DNA from: Auanema rhodensis
Taxonomy: Eukaryota > Animalia > Nematoda
Direction of reading: 5' to 3'
Assembly (NCBI GenBank): GCA_964057225.1
Contig: OZ059898.1
Span: 14,074,001-14,138,000, forward strand
Length of the DNA stretch: 64,000 bases
Shown here piece by piece: positions 20,762 to 34,700 of the stretch. The notes below the pieces were generated by a model, which worked only from the letters and a program-made list of their open reading frames with translations, made no database searches and was not told the origin of the DNA. The translations under genes were made by a program, and so were the position numbers. How positions within the stretch are numbered: position 1 is the stretch's first letter; each line of letters begins with the position of its first letter.

Positions 20762-21100
20762 CGTTCCATATTGGTTCCTAGGGTTCCGGCTAGGTAACCA
20801 TATGGACTTTAATAGTGTGAATGCCATTGTAAAAGTAACAGAGAGTAGAGAAAAAGAAGTTTATTCAGAATATGGAAATACAATTATAAAAGCAAAATAC
20901 AATAATCAAATAAATGAAACTACATGTTATGAGAAAGCCAACCTAGTTGCTTTCTCAGGGGTTTATATAGCAAAATATTAATTACAAATATAATTGAATT
21001 TATACAAAAAGTAGTTCAGGTCTAGTTTCTTATTGAATTCTATTAACCAAAAGTCGGTTGACGTTGTCAACCGCCTTCTTTATAAGACACGTATGGAACA
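20762..21100 (-). repeat. Family 2 5' LTR (339 bp)
   Basis: TGTTCCATAC...ATATGGAACG terminal inverted repeat. Abuts array spacer at 21101. Confidence 0.92.
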
Positions 21101-22465
21101 AAAAGCAGAAACATATTTTTTCAACGTTTCACATCGAAAATTCAAAAATGGACAAGCTCAAGTATTTTAAAAATCTTTGCAACATATTGCAATCAAATCG
21201 TTCACAAAAAATGAAAAATGTATGCGTTCGGGGAGAATCGAACCCCCGTCGAATGCTTGGAAGGCATCCATGCTGACCATTACACCACGAACGCTACGAT
21301 GGCTCTTGAACTATTTGATTAGATGAGTTGACACATCTTTGACTTCATTGATAATTACGAATGAAAAGCAGTAACATATTTTTTTCAAACGTTTCACATC
21401 AAAAATTCAAAAATGGACAAGCTCAAGTACTTTCAAAATCTTTGCAACATATTGCAAAACGTCAAACCATTCTTAAAAAATGAAAAATGTATGCGTTCGG
21501 GGGGAATCGAACCCCCGTCGAATGCTTGGAAGGCATCCATGCTGACCATTACACCACGAACGCTACAATAGGTTGTGAACTATTAGATTAGATGAGTTGA
21601 CACATCTTTGACTTCATATATAATTACGAATGAAAAGCAGTAACATATTTTTTTCAAACGTTTCACATCAAAAATTCAAAAATGGACAAGCTCAAGTACT
21701 TTCAAAATCTTTGCAACATATTGCAAAACGTCAAACCATTCTTAAAAAATGAAAAATGTATGCGTTCGGGGGGAATCGAACCCCCGTCGAATGCTTGGAA
21801 GGCATCCATGCTGACCATTACACCACGAACGCTACGATGGCTCTTGAACTATTAGATTAGATGAGTTGACACATCTTTGCCTTCATTGATAATTACGAAT
21901 GAAAAGCAGAAACATATTTTTTCAACGTTTCACATCAAAAATTCAAAAATGGACAAGCTCAAGTACTTTCAAAATCTTTGCAACATATTGCAATCAAATC
22001 GTTCACAAAAAATGAAAAATGTATGCGTTCGGGGGGAATCGAACCCCCGTCGAATGCTTGGAAGGCATCCATGCTGACCATTACACCACGAACGCTACGA
22101 TGGCTCTTGAACTATTAGATTAGATGAGTTGACACATCTTTGACTTCATTGATAATTACGAATGAAAAGCAGAAACATATTTTTTCAACGTTTCACATCG
22201 AAAATTCAAAAATGGACAAGCTCAAGTATTTTCAAAATCTTTGCAACATATTGCAATCAAATCGTTCACAAAAAATGAAAAATGTATGCGTTCGGGGGGA
22301 ATCGAACCCCCGTCGAATGCTTGGAAGGCATCCATGCTGACCATTACACCACGAACGCTATGATGGCTCTTGAACTATTAGATTAGATGAGTTGACACAT
22401 CTTTGACTTCATATATAACTACAGAATGAAAAGCAGAAACATATTTTTTTCAAACGTTTCACATC

Positions 22466-22805
22466 CGTTCCATTCGGACTCCCCATATATGTAGCTGAAG
22501 GGTTAGAGCCAGACGACCAGAGGACCGAGGAATGGCTCCGCCTTCCCTCGTTCCCTTGGTCGGGAGTTCGCCTCTTAGCAAGCTCATGGACGGCTTGTAG
22601 TTTAGTCTTTATACTTATATTTATCTTATTGTATTGTATCTTTATCTTTGTATATTATTGTTGTAGTTTCATGCCAATAAATCTTTCTCTCTTTTATCTT
22701 ATGATTGACCTTATGCTCTTTATTCCTTACCGCTACACCAAGGAATACTATGCGCGTCATAGTATAAACTACAATGGTTTATATTATCGACGCAGGAGCA
22801 TAACG
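22466..22805 (+). mobile_element. Gypsy family 1 solo LTR
   Basis: Same sequence and junctions as 8531-8870. Confidence 0.92.
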
Positions 22806-25154
22806 TTCCACATCGAAAATTCAAAAATGGACAAGCTCAAGTATTCTTAAAAAATGAAAAATGTATGCGTTCGGGGGGAATCGAACCCCCGTCGAATGCT
22901 TGGAAGGCATCCATGCTGACCATTACACCACGAACGCTGCGATGGTTCTTGAACTATTAGATTAGATGAGTTGACACATCTTTGACTTCATTGATAATTA
23001 CGAATGAAAAGCAGAAACATATTTTTTCAACGTTTCACATCAAAAAATCAAAAATGGACAAGCTCAAGTATTTTCAAAATCTTTGCAACATATTGCATTC
23101 AAATCGTTCACAAAAAATGAAAAATGTATGTGTTCGGGGGGAATCGAACCCCCGTCGAATGCTTGGAAGGCATCCATGCTGACCATTACACCACGAACGC
23201 TACGATGGCTCTTGAACTATTAGATTAGATGAGTTGACACATCTTTGACTTCATTGATAATTACGAATGAAAAGCAGAAACATATTTTTTCAACGTTTCA
23301 CATCGAAAATTCAAAAATGGACAAGCTCAAGTATTTTCAAAATCTTTGCAACATATTGCAATCAAATCGTTCACAAAAAATGAAAAATGTATGCGTTCGG
23401 GGGGAATCGAACCCCCGTCGAATGCTTGGAAGGCATCCATGCTGACCATTACACCACGAACGCTACGATGGCTCTTGAACTATTAGATTAGATGAGTTGA
23501 CACATCTTTGACTTCATTGATAATTACGAATGAAAAGCAGAAACATATTTTTTCAACGTTTCACATCAAAAAATCAAAAATGGACAAGCTCAAGTATTTT
23601 CAAAATCTTTGCAACATATTGCATTCAAATCGTTCACAAAAAATGAAAAATGTATGCGTTCGGGGGGAATCGAACCCCCGTCGAATGCTTGGAAGGCATC
23701 CATGCTGACCATTACACCACGAACGCTACGATGGCTCTTGAACTATTAGATTAGATGAGTTGACACATCTTTGACTTCATTGATAATTACGAATGAAAAG
23801 CAGAAACATATTTTTTCAACGTTTCACATCGAAAATTCAAAAATGGACAAGCTCAAGTATTTTCAAAATCTTTGCAACATATTGCAATCAAATCGTTCAC
23901 AAAAAATGAAAAATGTATGCGTTCGGGGGGAATCGAACCCCCGTCGAATGCTTGGAAGGCATCCATGCTGACCATTACACCACGAACGCTACGATGGCTC
24001 TTGAACTATTAGATTAGATGAGTTGACACATCTTTGACTTCATTGATAATTACGAATGAAAAGCAGAAACATATTTTTTCAACGTTTCACATCAAAAAAT
24101 CAAAAATGGACAAGCTCAAGTATTTTCAAAATCTTTGCAACATATTGCATTCAAATCGTTCACAAAAAATGAAAAATGTATGCGTTCGGGGAGAATCGAA
24201 CCCCCGTCGAATGCTTGGAAGGCATCCATGCTGACCATTACACCACGAACGCTACGATGGCTCTTGAACTATTTGATTAGATGAGTTGACACATCTTTGA
24301 CTTCATTGATAATTACGAATGAAAAGCAGTAACATATTTTTTTCAAACGTTTCACATCAAAAATTCAAAAATGGACAAGCTCAAGTACTTTCAAAATCTT
24401 TGCAACATATTGCAAAACGTCAAACCATTCTTAAAAAATGAAAAATGTATGCGTTCGGGGGGAATCGAACCCCCGTCGAATGCTTGGAAGGCATCCATGC
24501 TGACCATTACACCACGAACGCTACGATGGCTCTTGAACTATTAGATTAGATGAGTTGACACATCTTTGCCTTCATTGATAATTACGAATGAAAAGCAGAA
24601 ACATATTTTTTCAACGTTTCACATCAAAAATTCAAAAATGGACAAGCTCAAGTACTTTCAAAATCTTTGCAACATATTGCAATCAAATCGTTCACAAAAA
24701 ATGAAAAATGTATGCGTTCGGGGGGAATCGAACCCCCGTCGAATGCTTGGAAGGCATCCATGCTGACCATTACACCACGAACGCTACGATGGCTCTTGAA
24801 CTATTAGATTAGATGAGTTGACACATCTTTGACTTCATTGATAATTACGAATGAAAAGCAGAAACATATTTTTTCAACGTTTCACATCGAAAATTCAAAA
24901 ATGGACAAGCTCAAGTATTTTCAAAATCTTTGCAACATATTGCAATCAAATCGTTCACAAAAAATGAAAAATGTATGCGTTCGGGGGGAATCGAACCCCC
25001 GTCGAATGCTTGGAAGGCATCCATGCTGACCATTACACCACGAACGCTACGATGGCTCTTGAACTATTAGATTAGATGAGTTGACACATCTTTGACTTCA
25101 TATATAACTACAGAATGAAAAGCAGAAACATATTTTTTTCAAACGTTTCACATC

Positions 25155-25494
25155 CGTTCCATTCGGACTCCCCATATATGTAGCTGAAGGGTTAGAGCCA
25201 GACGACCAGAGGACCGAGGAATGGCTCCGCCTTCCCTCGTTCCCTTGGTCGGGAGTTCGCCTCTTAGCAAGCTCATGGACGGCTTGTAGTTTAGTCTTTA
25301 TACTTATATTTATCTTATTGTATTGTATCTTTATCTTTGTATATTATTGTTGTAGTTTCATGCCAATAAATCTTTCTCTCTTTTATCTTATGATTGACCT
25401 TATGCTCTTTATTCCTTACCGCTACACCAAGGAATACTATGCGCGTCATAGTATAAACTACAATGGTTTATATTATCGACGCAGGAGCATAACG
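25155..25494 (+). mobile_element. Gypsy family 1 solo LTR
   Basis: Same sequence and junctions; 2689 bp after the previous copy. Confidence 0.92.
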
Positions 25495-27845
25495 TTCCAC
25501 ATCGAAAATTCAAAAATGGACAAGCTCAAGTATTCTTAAAAAATGAAAAATGTATGCGTTCGGGGGGAATCGAACCCCCGTCGAATGCTTGGAAGGCATC
25601 CATGCTGACCATTACACCACGAACGCTACGATGGTTCTTGAACTATTAGATTAGATGAGTTGACACATCTTTGACTTCATTGATAATTACGAATGAAAAG
25701 CAGAAACATATTTTTTCAACGTTTCACATCAAAAAATCAAAAATGGACAAGCTCAAGTATTTTCAAAATCTTTGCAACATATTGCATTCAAATCGTTCAC
25801 AAAAAATGAAAAATGTATGTGTTCGGGGGGAATCGAACCCCCGTCGAATGCTTGGAAGGCATCCATGCTGACCATTACACCACGAACGCTACGATGGCTC
25901 TTGAACTATTAGATTAGATGAGTTGACACATCTTTGACTTCATTGATAATTACGAATGAAAAGCAGAAACATATTTTTTCAACGTTTCACATCGAAAATT
26001 CAAAAATGGACAAGCTCAAGTATTTTCAAAATCTTTGCAACATATTGCAATCAAATCGTTCACAAAAAATGAAAAATGTATGCGTTCGGGGGGAATCGAA
26101 CCCCCGTCGAATGCTTGGAAGGCATCCATGCTGACCATTACACCACGAACGCTACGATGGCTCTTGAACTATTAGATTAGATGAGTTGACACATCTTTGA
26201 CTTCATTGATAATTACGAATGAAAAGCAGTAACATATTTTTTCAACGTTTCACATCAAAAAATCAAAAATGGACAAGCTCAAGTATTTTCAAAATCTTTG
26301 CAACATATTGCATTCAAATCGTTCACAAAAAATGAAAAATGTATGCGTTCGGGGGGAATCGAACCCCCGTCGAATGCTTGGAAGGCATCCATGCTGACCA
26401 TTACACCACGAACGCTACGATGGCTCTTGAACTATTAGATTAGATGAGTTGACACATCTTTGACTTCATTGATAATTACGAATGAAAAGCAGAAACATAT
26501 TTTTTCAACGTTTCACATCGAAAATTCAAAAATGGACAAGCTCAAGTATTTTCAAAATCTTTGCAACATATTGCAATCAAATCGTTCACAAAAAATGAAA
26601 AATGTATGCGTTCGGGGGGAATCGAACCCCCGTCGAATGCTTGGAAGGCATCCATGCTGACCATTACACCACGAACGCTACGATGGCTCTTGAACTATTA
26701 GATTAGATGAGTTGACACATCTTTGACTTCATTGATAATTACGAATGAAAAGCAGAAACATATTTTTTCAACGTTTCACATCAAAAAATCAAAAATGGAC
26801 AAGCTCAAGTATTTTCAAAATCTTTGCAACATATTGCATTCAAATCGTTCACAAAAAATGAAAAATGTATGCGTTCGGGGAGAATCGAACCCCCGTCGAA
26901 TGCTTGGAAGGCATCCATGCTGACCATTACACCACGAACGCTACGATGGCTCTTGAACTATTTGATTAGATGAGTTGACACATCTTTGACTTCATTGATA
27001 ATTACGAATGAAAAGCAGTAACATATTTTTTTCAAACGTTTCACATCAAAAATTCAAAAATGGACAAGCTCAAGTACTTTCAAAATCTTTGCAACATATT
27101 GCAAAACGTCAAACCATTCTTAAAAAATGAAAAATGTATGCGTTCGGGGGGAATCGAACCCCCGTCGAATGCTTGGAAGGCATCCATGCTGACCATTACA
27201 CCACGAACGCTACAATAGGTTGTGAACTATTAGATTAGATGAGTTGACACATCTTTGACTTCATATATAATTACGAATGAAAAGCAGTAACATATTTTTT
27301 TCAAACGTTTCACATCAAAAATTCAAAAATGGACAAGCTCAAGTACTTTCAAAATCTTTGCAACATATTGCAATCAAATCGTTCACAAAAAATGAAAAAT
27401 GTATGCGTTCGGGGGGAATCGAACCCCCGTCGAATGCTTGGAAGGCATCCATGCTGACCATTACACCACGAACGCTACGATGGCTCTTGAACTATTAGAT
27501 TAGATGAGTTGACACATCTTTGACTTCATTGATAATTACGAATGAAAAGCAGAAACATATTTTTTCAACGTTTCACATCGAAAATTCAAAAATGGACAAG
27601 CTCAAGTATTTTCAAAATCTTTGCAACATATTGCAATCAAATCGTTCACAAAAAATGAAAAATGTATGCGTTCGGGGGGAATCGAACCCCCGTCGAATGC
27701 TTGGAAGGCATCCATGCTGACCATTACACCACGAACGCTACGATGGCTCTTGAACTATTAGATTAGATGAGTTGACACATCTTTGACTTCATATATAACT
27801 ACAGAATGAAAAGCAGAAACATATTTTTTTCAAACGTTTCACATC

Positions 27846-28185
27846 CGTTCCATTCGGACTCCCCATATATGTAGCTGAAGGGTTAGAGCCAGACGACCAG
27901 AGGACCGAGGAATGGCTCCGCCTTCCCTCGTTCCCTTGGTCGGGAGTTCGCCTCTTAGCAAGCTCATGGACGGCTTGTAGTTTAGTCTTTATACTTATAT
28001 TTATCTTATTGTATTGTATCTTTATCTTTGTATATTATTGTTGTAGTTTCATGCCAATAAATCTTTCTCTCTTTTATCTTATGATTGACCTTATGCTCTT
28101 TATTCCTTACCGCTACACCAAGGAATACTATGCGCGTCATAGTATAAACTACAATGGTTTATATTATCGACGCAGGAGCATAACG
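27846..28185 (+). mobile_element. Gypsy family 1 solo LTR
   Basis: Same sequence and junctions; 2691 bp after the previous copy. Confidence 0.92.
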
Positions 28186-31100
28186 TTCCACATCGAAAAT
28201 TCAAAAATGGACAAGCTCAAGTATTCTTAAAAAATGAAAAATGTATGCGTTCGGGGGGAATCGAACCCCCGTCGAATGCTTGGAAGGCATCCATGCTGAC
28301 CATTACACCACGAACGCTACGATGGTTCTTGAACTATTAGATTAGATGAGTTGACACATCTTTGACTTCATTGATAATTACGAATGAAAAGCAGAAACAT
28401 ATTTTTTCAACGTTTCACATCAAAAAATCAAAAATGGACAAGCTCAAGTATTTTCAAAATCTTTGCAACATATTGCATTCAAATCGTTCACAAAAAATGA
28501 AAAATGTATGTGTTCGGGGGGAATCGAACCCCCGTCGAATGCTTGGAAGGCATCCATGCTGACCATTACACCACGAACGCTACGATGGCTCTTAAACTAT
28601 TAGATTAGATGAGTTGACACATCTTTGACTTCATTGATAATTACGAATGAAAAGCAGAAACATATTTTTTCAACGTTTCACATCGAAAATTCAAAAATGG
28701 ACAAGCTCAAGTATTTTCAAAATCTTTGCAACATATTGCAATCAAATCGTTCACAAAAAATGAAAAATGTATGCGTTCGGGGGGAATCGAACCCCCGTCG
28801 AATGCTTGGAAGGCATCCATGCTGACCATTACACCACGAACGCTACGATGGCTCTTGAACTATTAGATTAGATGAGTTGACACATCTTTGACTTCATTGA
28901 TAATTACGAATGAAAAGCAGAAACATATTTTTTCAACGTTTCACATCAAAAAATCAAAAATGGACAAGCTCAAGTATTTTCAAAATCTTTGCAACATATT
29001 GCATTCAAATCGTTCACAAAAAATGAAAAATGTATGCGTTCGGGGGGAATCGAACCCCCGTCGAATGCTTGGAAGGCATCCATGCTGACCATTACACCAC
29101 GAACGCTACGATGGCTCTTGAACTATTAGATTAGATGAGTTGACACATCTTTGACTTTATTGATAATTACGAATGAAAAGCAGAAACATATTTTTTCAAC
29201 GTTTCACATCGAAAATTCAAAAATGGACAAGCTCAAGTATTTTCAAAATCTTTGCAACATATTGCAATCAAATCGTTCACAAAAAATGAAAAATGTATGC
29301 GTTCGGGGGGAATCGAACCCCCGTCGAATGCTTGGAAGGCATCCATGCTGACCATTACACCACGAACGCTACAATAGGTTGTGAACTATTAGATTAGATG
29401 AGTTGACACATCTTTGACTTCATTGATAATTACGAATGAAAAGCAGAAACATATTTTTTCAACGTTTCACATCGAAAATTCAAAAATGGACAAGCTCAAG
29501 TATTTTCAAAATCTTTGCAACATATTGCATTCAAATCGTTCACAAAAAATGAAAAATGTATGCGTTCGGGGGGAATCGAACCCCCGTCGAATGCTTGGAA
29601 GGCATCCATGCTGACCATTACACCACGAACGCTACAATAGGTTGTGAACTATTAGATTAGATGAGTTGACACATCTTTGACTTCATTGATAATTACGAAT
29701 GAAAAGCAGAAACATATTTTTTCAACGTTTCACATCGAAAATTCAAAAATGGACAAGCTCAAGTATTTTCAAAATCTTTGCAACATATTGCAATCAAATC
29801 GTTCACAAAAAATGAAAAATGTATGCGTTCGGGGGGAATCGAACCCCCGTCGAATGCTTGGAAGGCATCCATGCTGACCATTACACCACGAACGCTACGA
29901 TGGCTCTTGAACTATTAGATTAGATGAGTTGACACATCTTTGACTTCATTGATAATTACGAATGAAAAGCAGAAACATATTTTTTCAACGTTTCACATCA
30001 AAAAATCAAAAATGGACAAGCTCAAGTATTTTCAAAATCTTTGCAACATATTGCAATCAAATCGTTCACAAAAAATGAAAAATGTATGCGTTCGGGGGGA
30101 ATCGAACCCCCGTCGAATGCTTGGAAGGCATCCATGCTGACCATTACACCACGAACGCTACGATGGCTCTTGAACTATTAGATTAGATGAGTTGACACAT
30201 CTTTGACTTTATTGATAATTACGAATGAAAAGCAGTAACATATTTTTTCAACGTTTCACATCGAAAATTCAAAAATGGACAAGCTCAAGTATTTTCAAAA
30301 TCTTTGCAACATATTGCAATCAAATCGTTCACAAAAAATGAAAAATGTATGCGTTCGGGGGGAATCGAACCCCCGTCGAATGCTTGGAAGGCATCCATGC
30401 TGACCATTACACCACGAACGCTACGATGGCTCTTGAACTATTAGATTAGATGAGTTGACACATCTTTGACTTTATTGATAATTACGAATGAAAAGCAGTA
30501 ACATATTTTTTCAACGTTTCACATCAAAAAATCAAAAATGGACAAGCTCAAGTATTTTCAAAATCTTTGCAACATATTGCAATCAAATCGTTCACAAAAA
30601 ATGAAAAATGTATGCGTTCGGGGGGAATCGAACCCCCGTCGAATGCTTGGAAGGCATCCATGCTGACCATTACACCACGAACGCTACGATGGCTCTTGAA
30701 CTATTAGATTAGATGAGTTGACACATCTTTGACTTCATTGATAATTACGAATGAAAAGCAGAAACATATTTTTTCAACGTTTCACATCAAAAAATCAAAA
30801 ATGGACAAGCTCAAGTATTTTCAAAATCTTTGCAACATATTGCATTCAAATCGTTCACAAAAAATGAAAAATGTATGCGTTCGGGGAGAATCGAACCCCC
30901 GTCGAATGCTTGGAAGGCATCCATGCTGACCATTACACCACGAACGCTACGATGGCTCTTGAACTATTTGATTAGATGAGTTGACACATCTTTGACTTCA
31001 TATATAATTACGAATGAAAAGCAGTAACATATTTTTTTCAAACGTTTCACATCAAAAATTCAAAAATGGACAAGCTCAAGTACTTTCAAAATCTTTGCAA

Positions 31101-31670
31101 CATATTGCAAAACGTCAAACCATTCTTAAAAAATGAAAAATGTATGCGTTCGGGGGGAATCGAACCCCCGTCGAATGCTTGGAAGGCATCCATGCTGACC
31201 ATTACACCACGAACGCTACGATGGCTCTTGAACTATTAGATTAGATGAGTTGACACATCTTTGACTTCATTGATAATTACGAATGAAAAGCAAAAACATA
31301 TTTTTTCAACGTTTCACATCAAAAATTCAAAAATGGACAAGCTCAAGTACTTTCAAAATCTTTGCAACATATTGCAATCAAATCGTTCACAAAAAATGAA
31401 AAATGTATGCGTTCGGGGGGAATCGAACCCCCGTCGAATGCTTGGAAGGCATCCATGCTGACCATTACACCACGAACGCTACAATAGGTTGTGAACTATT
31501 AGATTAGATGAGTTGACACATCTTTGACTTCATATATAATTACGAATGAAAAGCAGAAACATATTTTTTCAACGTTTCACTTCAAAAAATCAAAAATGGA
31601 CAAGCTCAAGTATTTTCAAAATCTTTGCAACATATTGCAATCAAATCGTTCACAAAAAATGAAAAATGTA

Positions 31671-31742
31671 TGCGTTCGGGGGGAATCCAACCCCCGTCGA
31701 ATGCTTGGAAGGCATCCATGCTGACCATTACACCACGAACGC
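31671..31742 (-). pseudogene. tRNA-Gly(TCC) copy with B-box mutation
   Basis: GGTTGGATTC instead of GGTTCGATTC; the invariant C56 is changed. Confidence 0.6.
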
Positions 31743-34700
31743 TACGATGGCTCTTGAACTATTAGATTAGATGAGTTGACACATCTTTGACTTCATTGAT
31801 AATTACGAATGAAAAGCAGAAACATATTTTTTCAACGTTTCACATCAAAAAATCAAAAATGGACAAGCTCAAGTATTTTCAAAATCTTTGCAACATATTG
31901 CATTCAAATCGTTCACAAAAAATGAAAAATGTATGCGTTCGGGGAGAATCGAACCCCCGTCGAATGCTTGGAAGGCATCCATGCTGACCATTACACCACG
32001 AACGCTACGATGGCTCTTGAACTATTTGATTAGATGAGTTGACACATCTTTGACTTCATTGATAATTACGAATGAAAAGCAGTAACATATTTTTTTCAAA
32101 CGTTTCACATCAAAAATTCAAAAATGGACAAGCTCAAGTACTTTCAAAATCTTTGCAACATATTGCAAAACGTCAAACCATTCTTAAAAAATGAAAAATG
32201 TATGCGTTCGGGGGGAATCGAACCCCCGTCGAATGCTTGGAAGGCATCCATGCTGACCATTACACCACGAACGCTACAATAGGTTGTGAACTATTAGATT
32301 AGATGAGTTGACACATCTTTGACTTCATATATAATTACGAATGAAAAGCAGTAACATATTTTTTTCAAACGTTTCACATCAAAAATTCAAAAATGGACAA
32401 GCTCAAGTACTTTCAAAATCTTTGCAACATATTGCAAAACGTCAAACCATTCTTAAAAAATGAAAAATGTATGCGTTCGGGGGGAATCGAACCCCCGTCG
32501 AATGCTTGGAAGGCATCCATGCTGACCATTACACCACGAACGCTACGATGGCTCTTGAACTATTAGATTAGATGAGTTGACACATCTTTGACTTCATTGA
32601 TAATTACGAATGAAAAGCAGAAACATATTTTTTCAACGTTTCACATCAAAAATTCAAAAATGGACAAGCTCAAGTACTTTCAAAATCTTTGCAACATATT
32701 GCAATCAAATCGTTCACAAAAAATGAAAAATGTATGCGTTCGGGGGGAATTGAACCCCCGTCGAATGCTTGGAAGGCATCCATGCTGACCATTACACCAC
32801 GAACGCTACAATAGGTTGTGAACTATTAGATTAGATGAGTTGACACATCTTTGACTTCATTGATAATTACGAATGAAAAGCAGAAACATATTTTTTCAAC
32901 GTTTCACATCAAAAATTCAAAAATGGACAAGCTCAAGTACTTTCAAAATCTTTGCAACATATTGCAATCAAATCGTTCACAAAAAATGAAAAATGTATGC
33001 GTTCGGGGGGAATCGAACCCCCGTCGAATGCTTGGAAGGCATCCATGCTGACCATTACACCACGAACGCTACGATGGCTCTTGAACTATTTGATTAGATG
33101 AGTTGACACATCTTTGACTTCATTGATAATTACGAATGAAAAGCAGTAACATATTTTTTTCAAACGTTCCACATCGAAAATTCAAAAATGGACAAGCTCA
33201 AATATTTTCAAAATCTTTGCAACATATTGCAATCAAATCGTTCACAAAAAATGAAAAATGTATGCGTTCGGGGGGAATCGAACCCCCGTCGAATGCTTGG
33301 AAGGCATCCATGCTGACCATTACACCACGAACGCTACGATGGCTCTTGAACTATTTGATTAGATGAGTTGACACATCTTTGACTTCATTGATAATTACGA
33401 ATGAAAAGCAGTAACATATTTTTTTCAAACGTTTCACATCAAAAATTCAAAAATGGACAAGCTCAAGTATTTTCAAAATCTTTGCAACATATTGCAATCA
33501 AATCGTTCACAAAAAATGAAAAATGTATGCGTTCGGGGGGAATCGAACCCCCGTCGAATGCTTGGAAGGCATCCATGCTGACCATTACACCACGAACGCT
33601 ACGATGGCTCTTGAACTATTAGATTAGATGAGTTGACACATCTTTGACTTCATTGATAATTACGAATGAAAAGCAGAAACATATTTTTTCAACGTTTCAC
33701 ATCAAAAAATCAAAAATGGACAAGCTCAAGTATTTTCAAAATCTTTGCAACATATTGCATTCAAATCGCTCACAAAAAATGAAAAATGTATGCGTTCGGG
33801 GAGAATCGAACCCCCGTCGAATGCTTGGAAGGCATCCATGCTGACCATTACACCACGAACGCTACGATGGCTCTTGAACTATTTGATTAGATGAGTTGAC
33901 ACATCTTTGACTTCATTGATAATTACGAATGAAAAGCAGTAACATATTTTTTTCAAACGTTTCACATCAAAAATTCAAAAATGGACAAGCTCAAGTACTT
34001 TCAAAATCTTTGCAACATATTGCAAAACGTCAAACCATTCTTAAAAAATGAAAAATGTATGCGTTCGGGGGGAATCGAACCCCCGTCGAATGCTTGGAAG
34101 GCATCCATGCTGACCATTACACCACGAACGCTACAATAGGTTGTGAACTATTAGATTAGATGAGTTGACACATCTTTGACTTCATATATAATTACGAATG
34201 AAAAGCAGTAACATATTTTTTTCAAACGTTTCACATCAAAAATTCAAAAATGGACAAGCTCAAGTACTTTCAAAATCTTTGCAACATATTGCAAAACGTC
34301 AAACCATTCTTAAAAAATGAAAAATGTATGCGTTCGGGGGGAATCGAACCCCCGTCGAATGCTTGGAAGGCATCCATGCTGACCATTACACCACGAACGC
34401 TACGATGGCTCTTGAACTATTAGATTAGATGAGTTGACACATCTTTGACTTCATTGATAATTACGAATGAAAAGCAGAAACATATTTTTTCAACGTTTCA
34501 CATCAAAAATTCAAAAATGGACAAGCTCAAGTACTTTCAAAATCTTTGCAACATATTGCAATCAAATCGTTCACAAAAAATGAAAAATGTATGCGTTCGG
34601 GGGGAATCGAACCCCCGTCGAATGCTTGGAAGGCATCCATGCTGACCATTACACCACGAACGCTACAATAGGTTGTGAACTATTAGATTAGATGAGTTGA

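Larger units (their letters stand above)
16955..21100 (-). mobile_element. Gypsy family 2 LTR element, internally deleted
   Basis: 5' LTR 21100-20762, PBS 20761-20741, leader, gag-env ORF, then a direct jump into a second LTR copy (17253-16955). The pol gene and PPT are absent. Confidence 0.88.
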
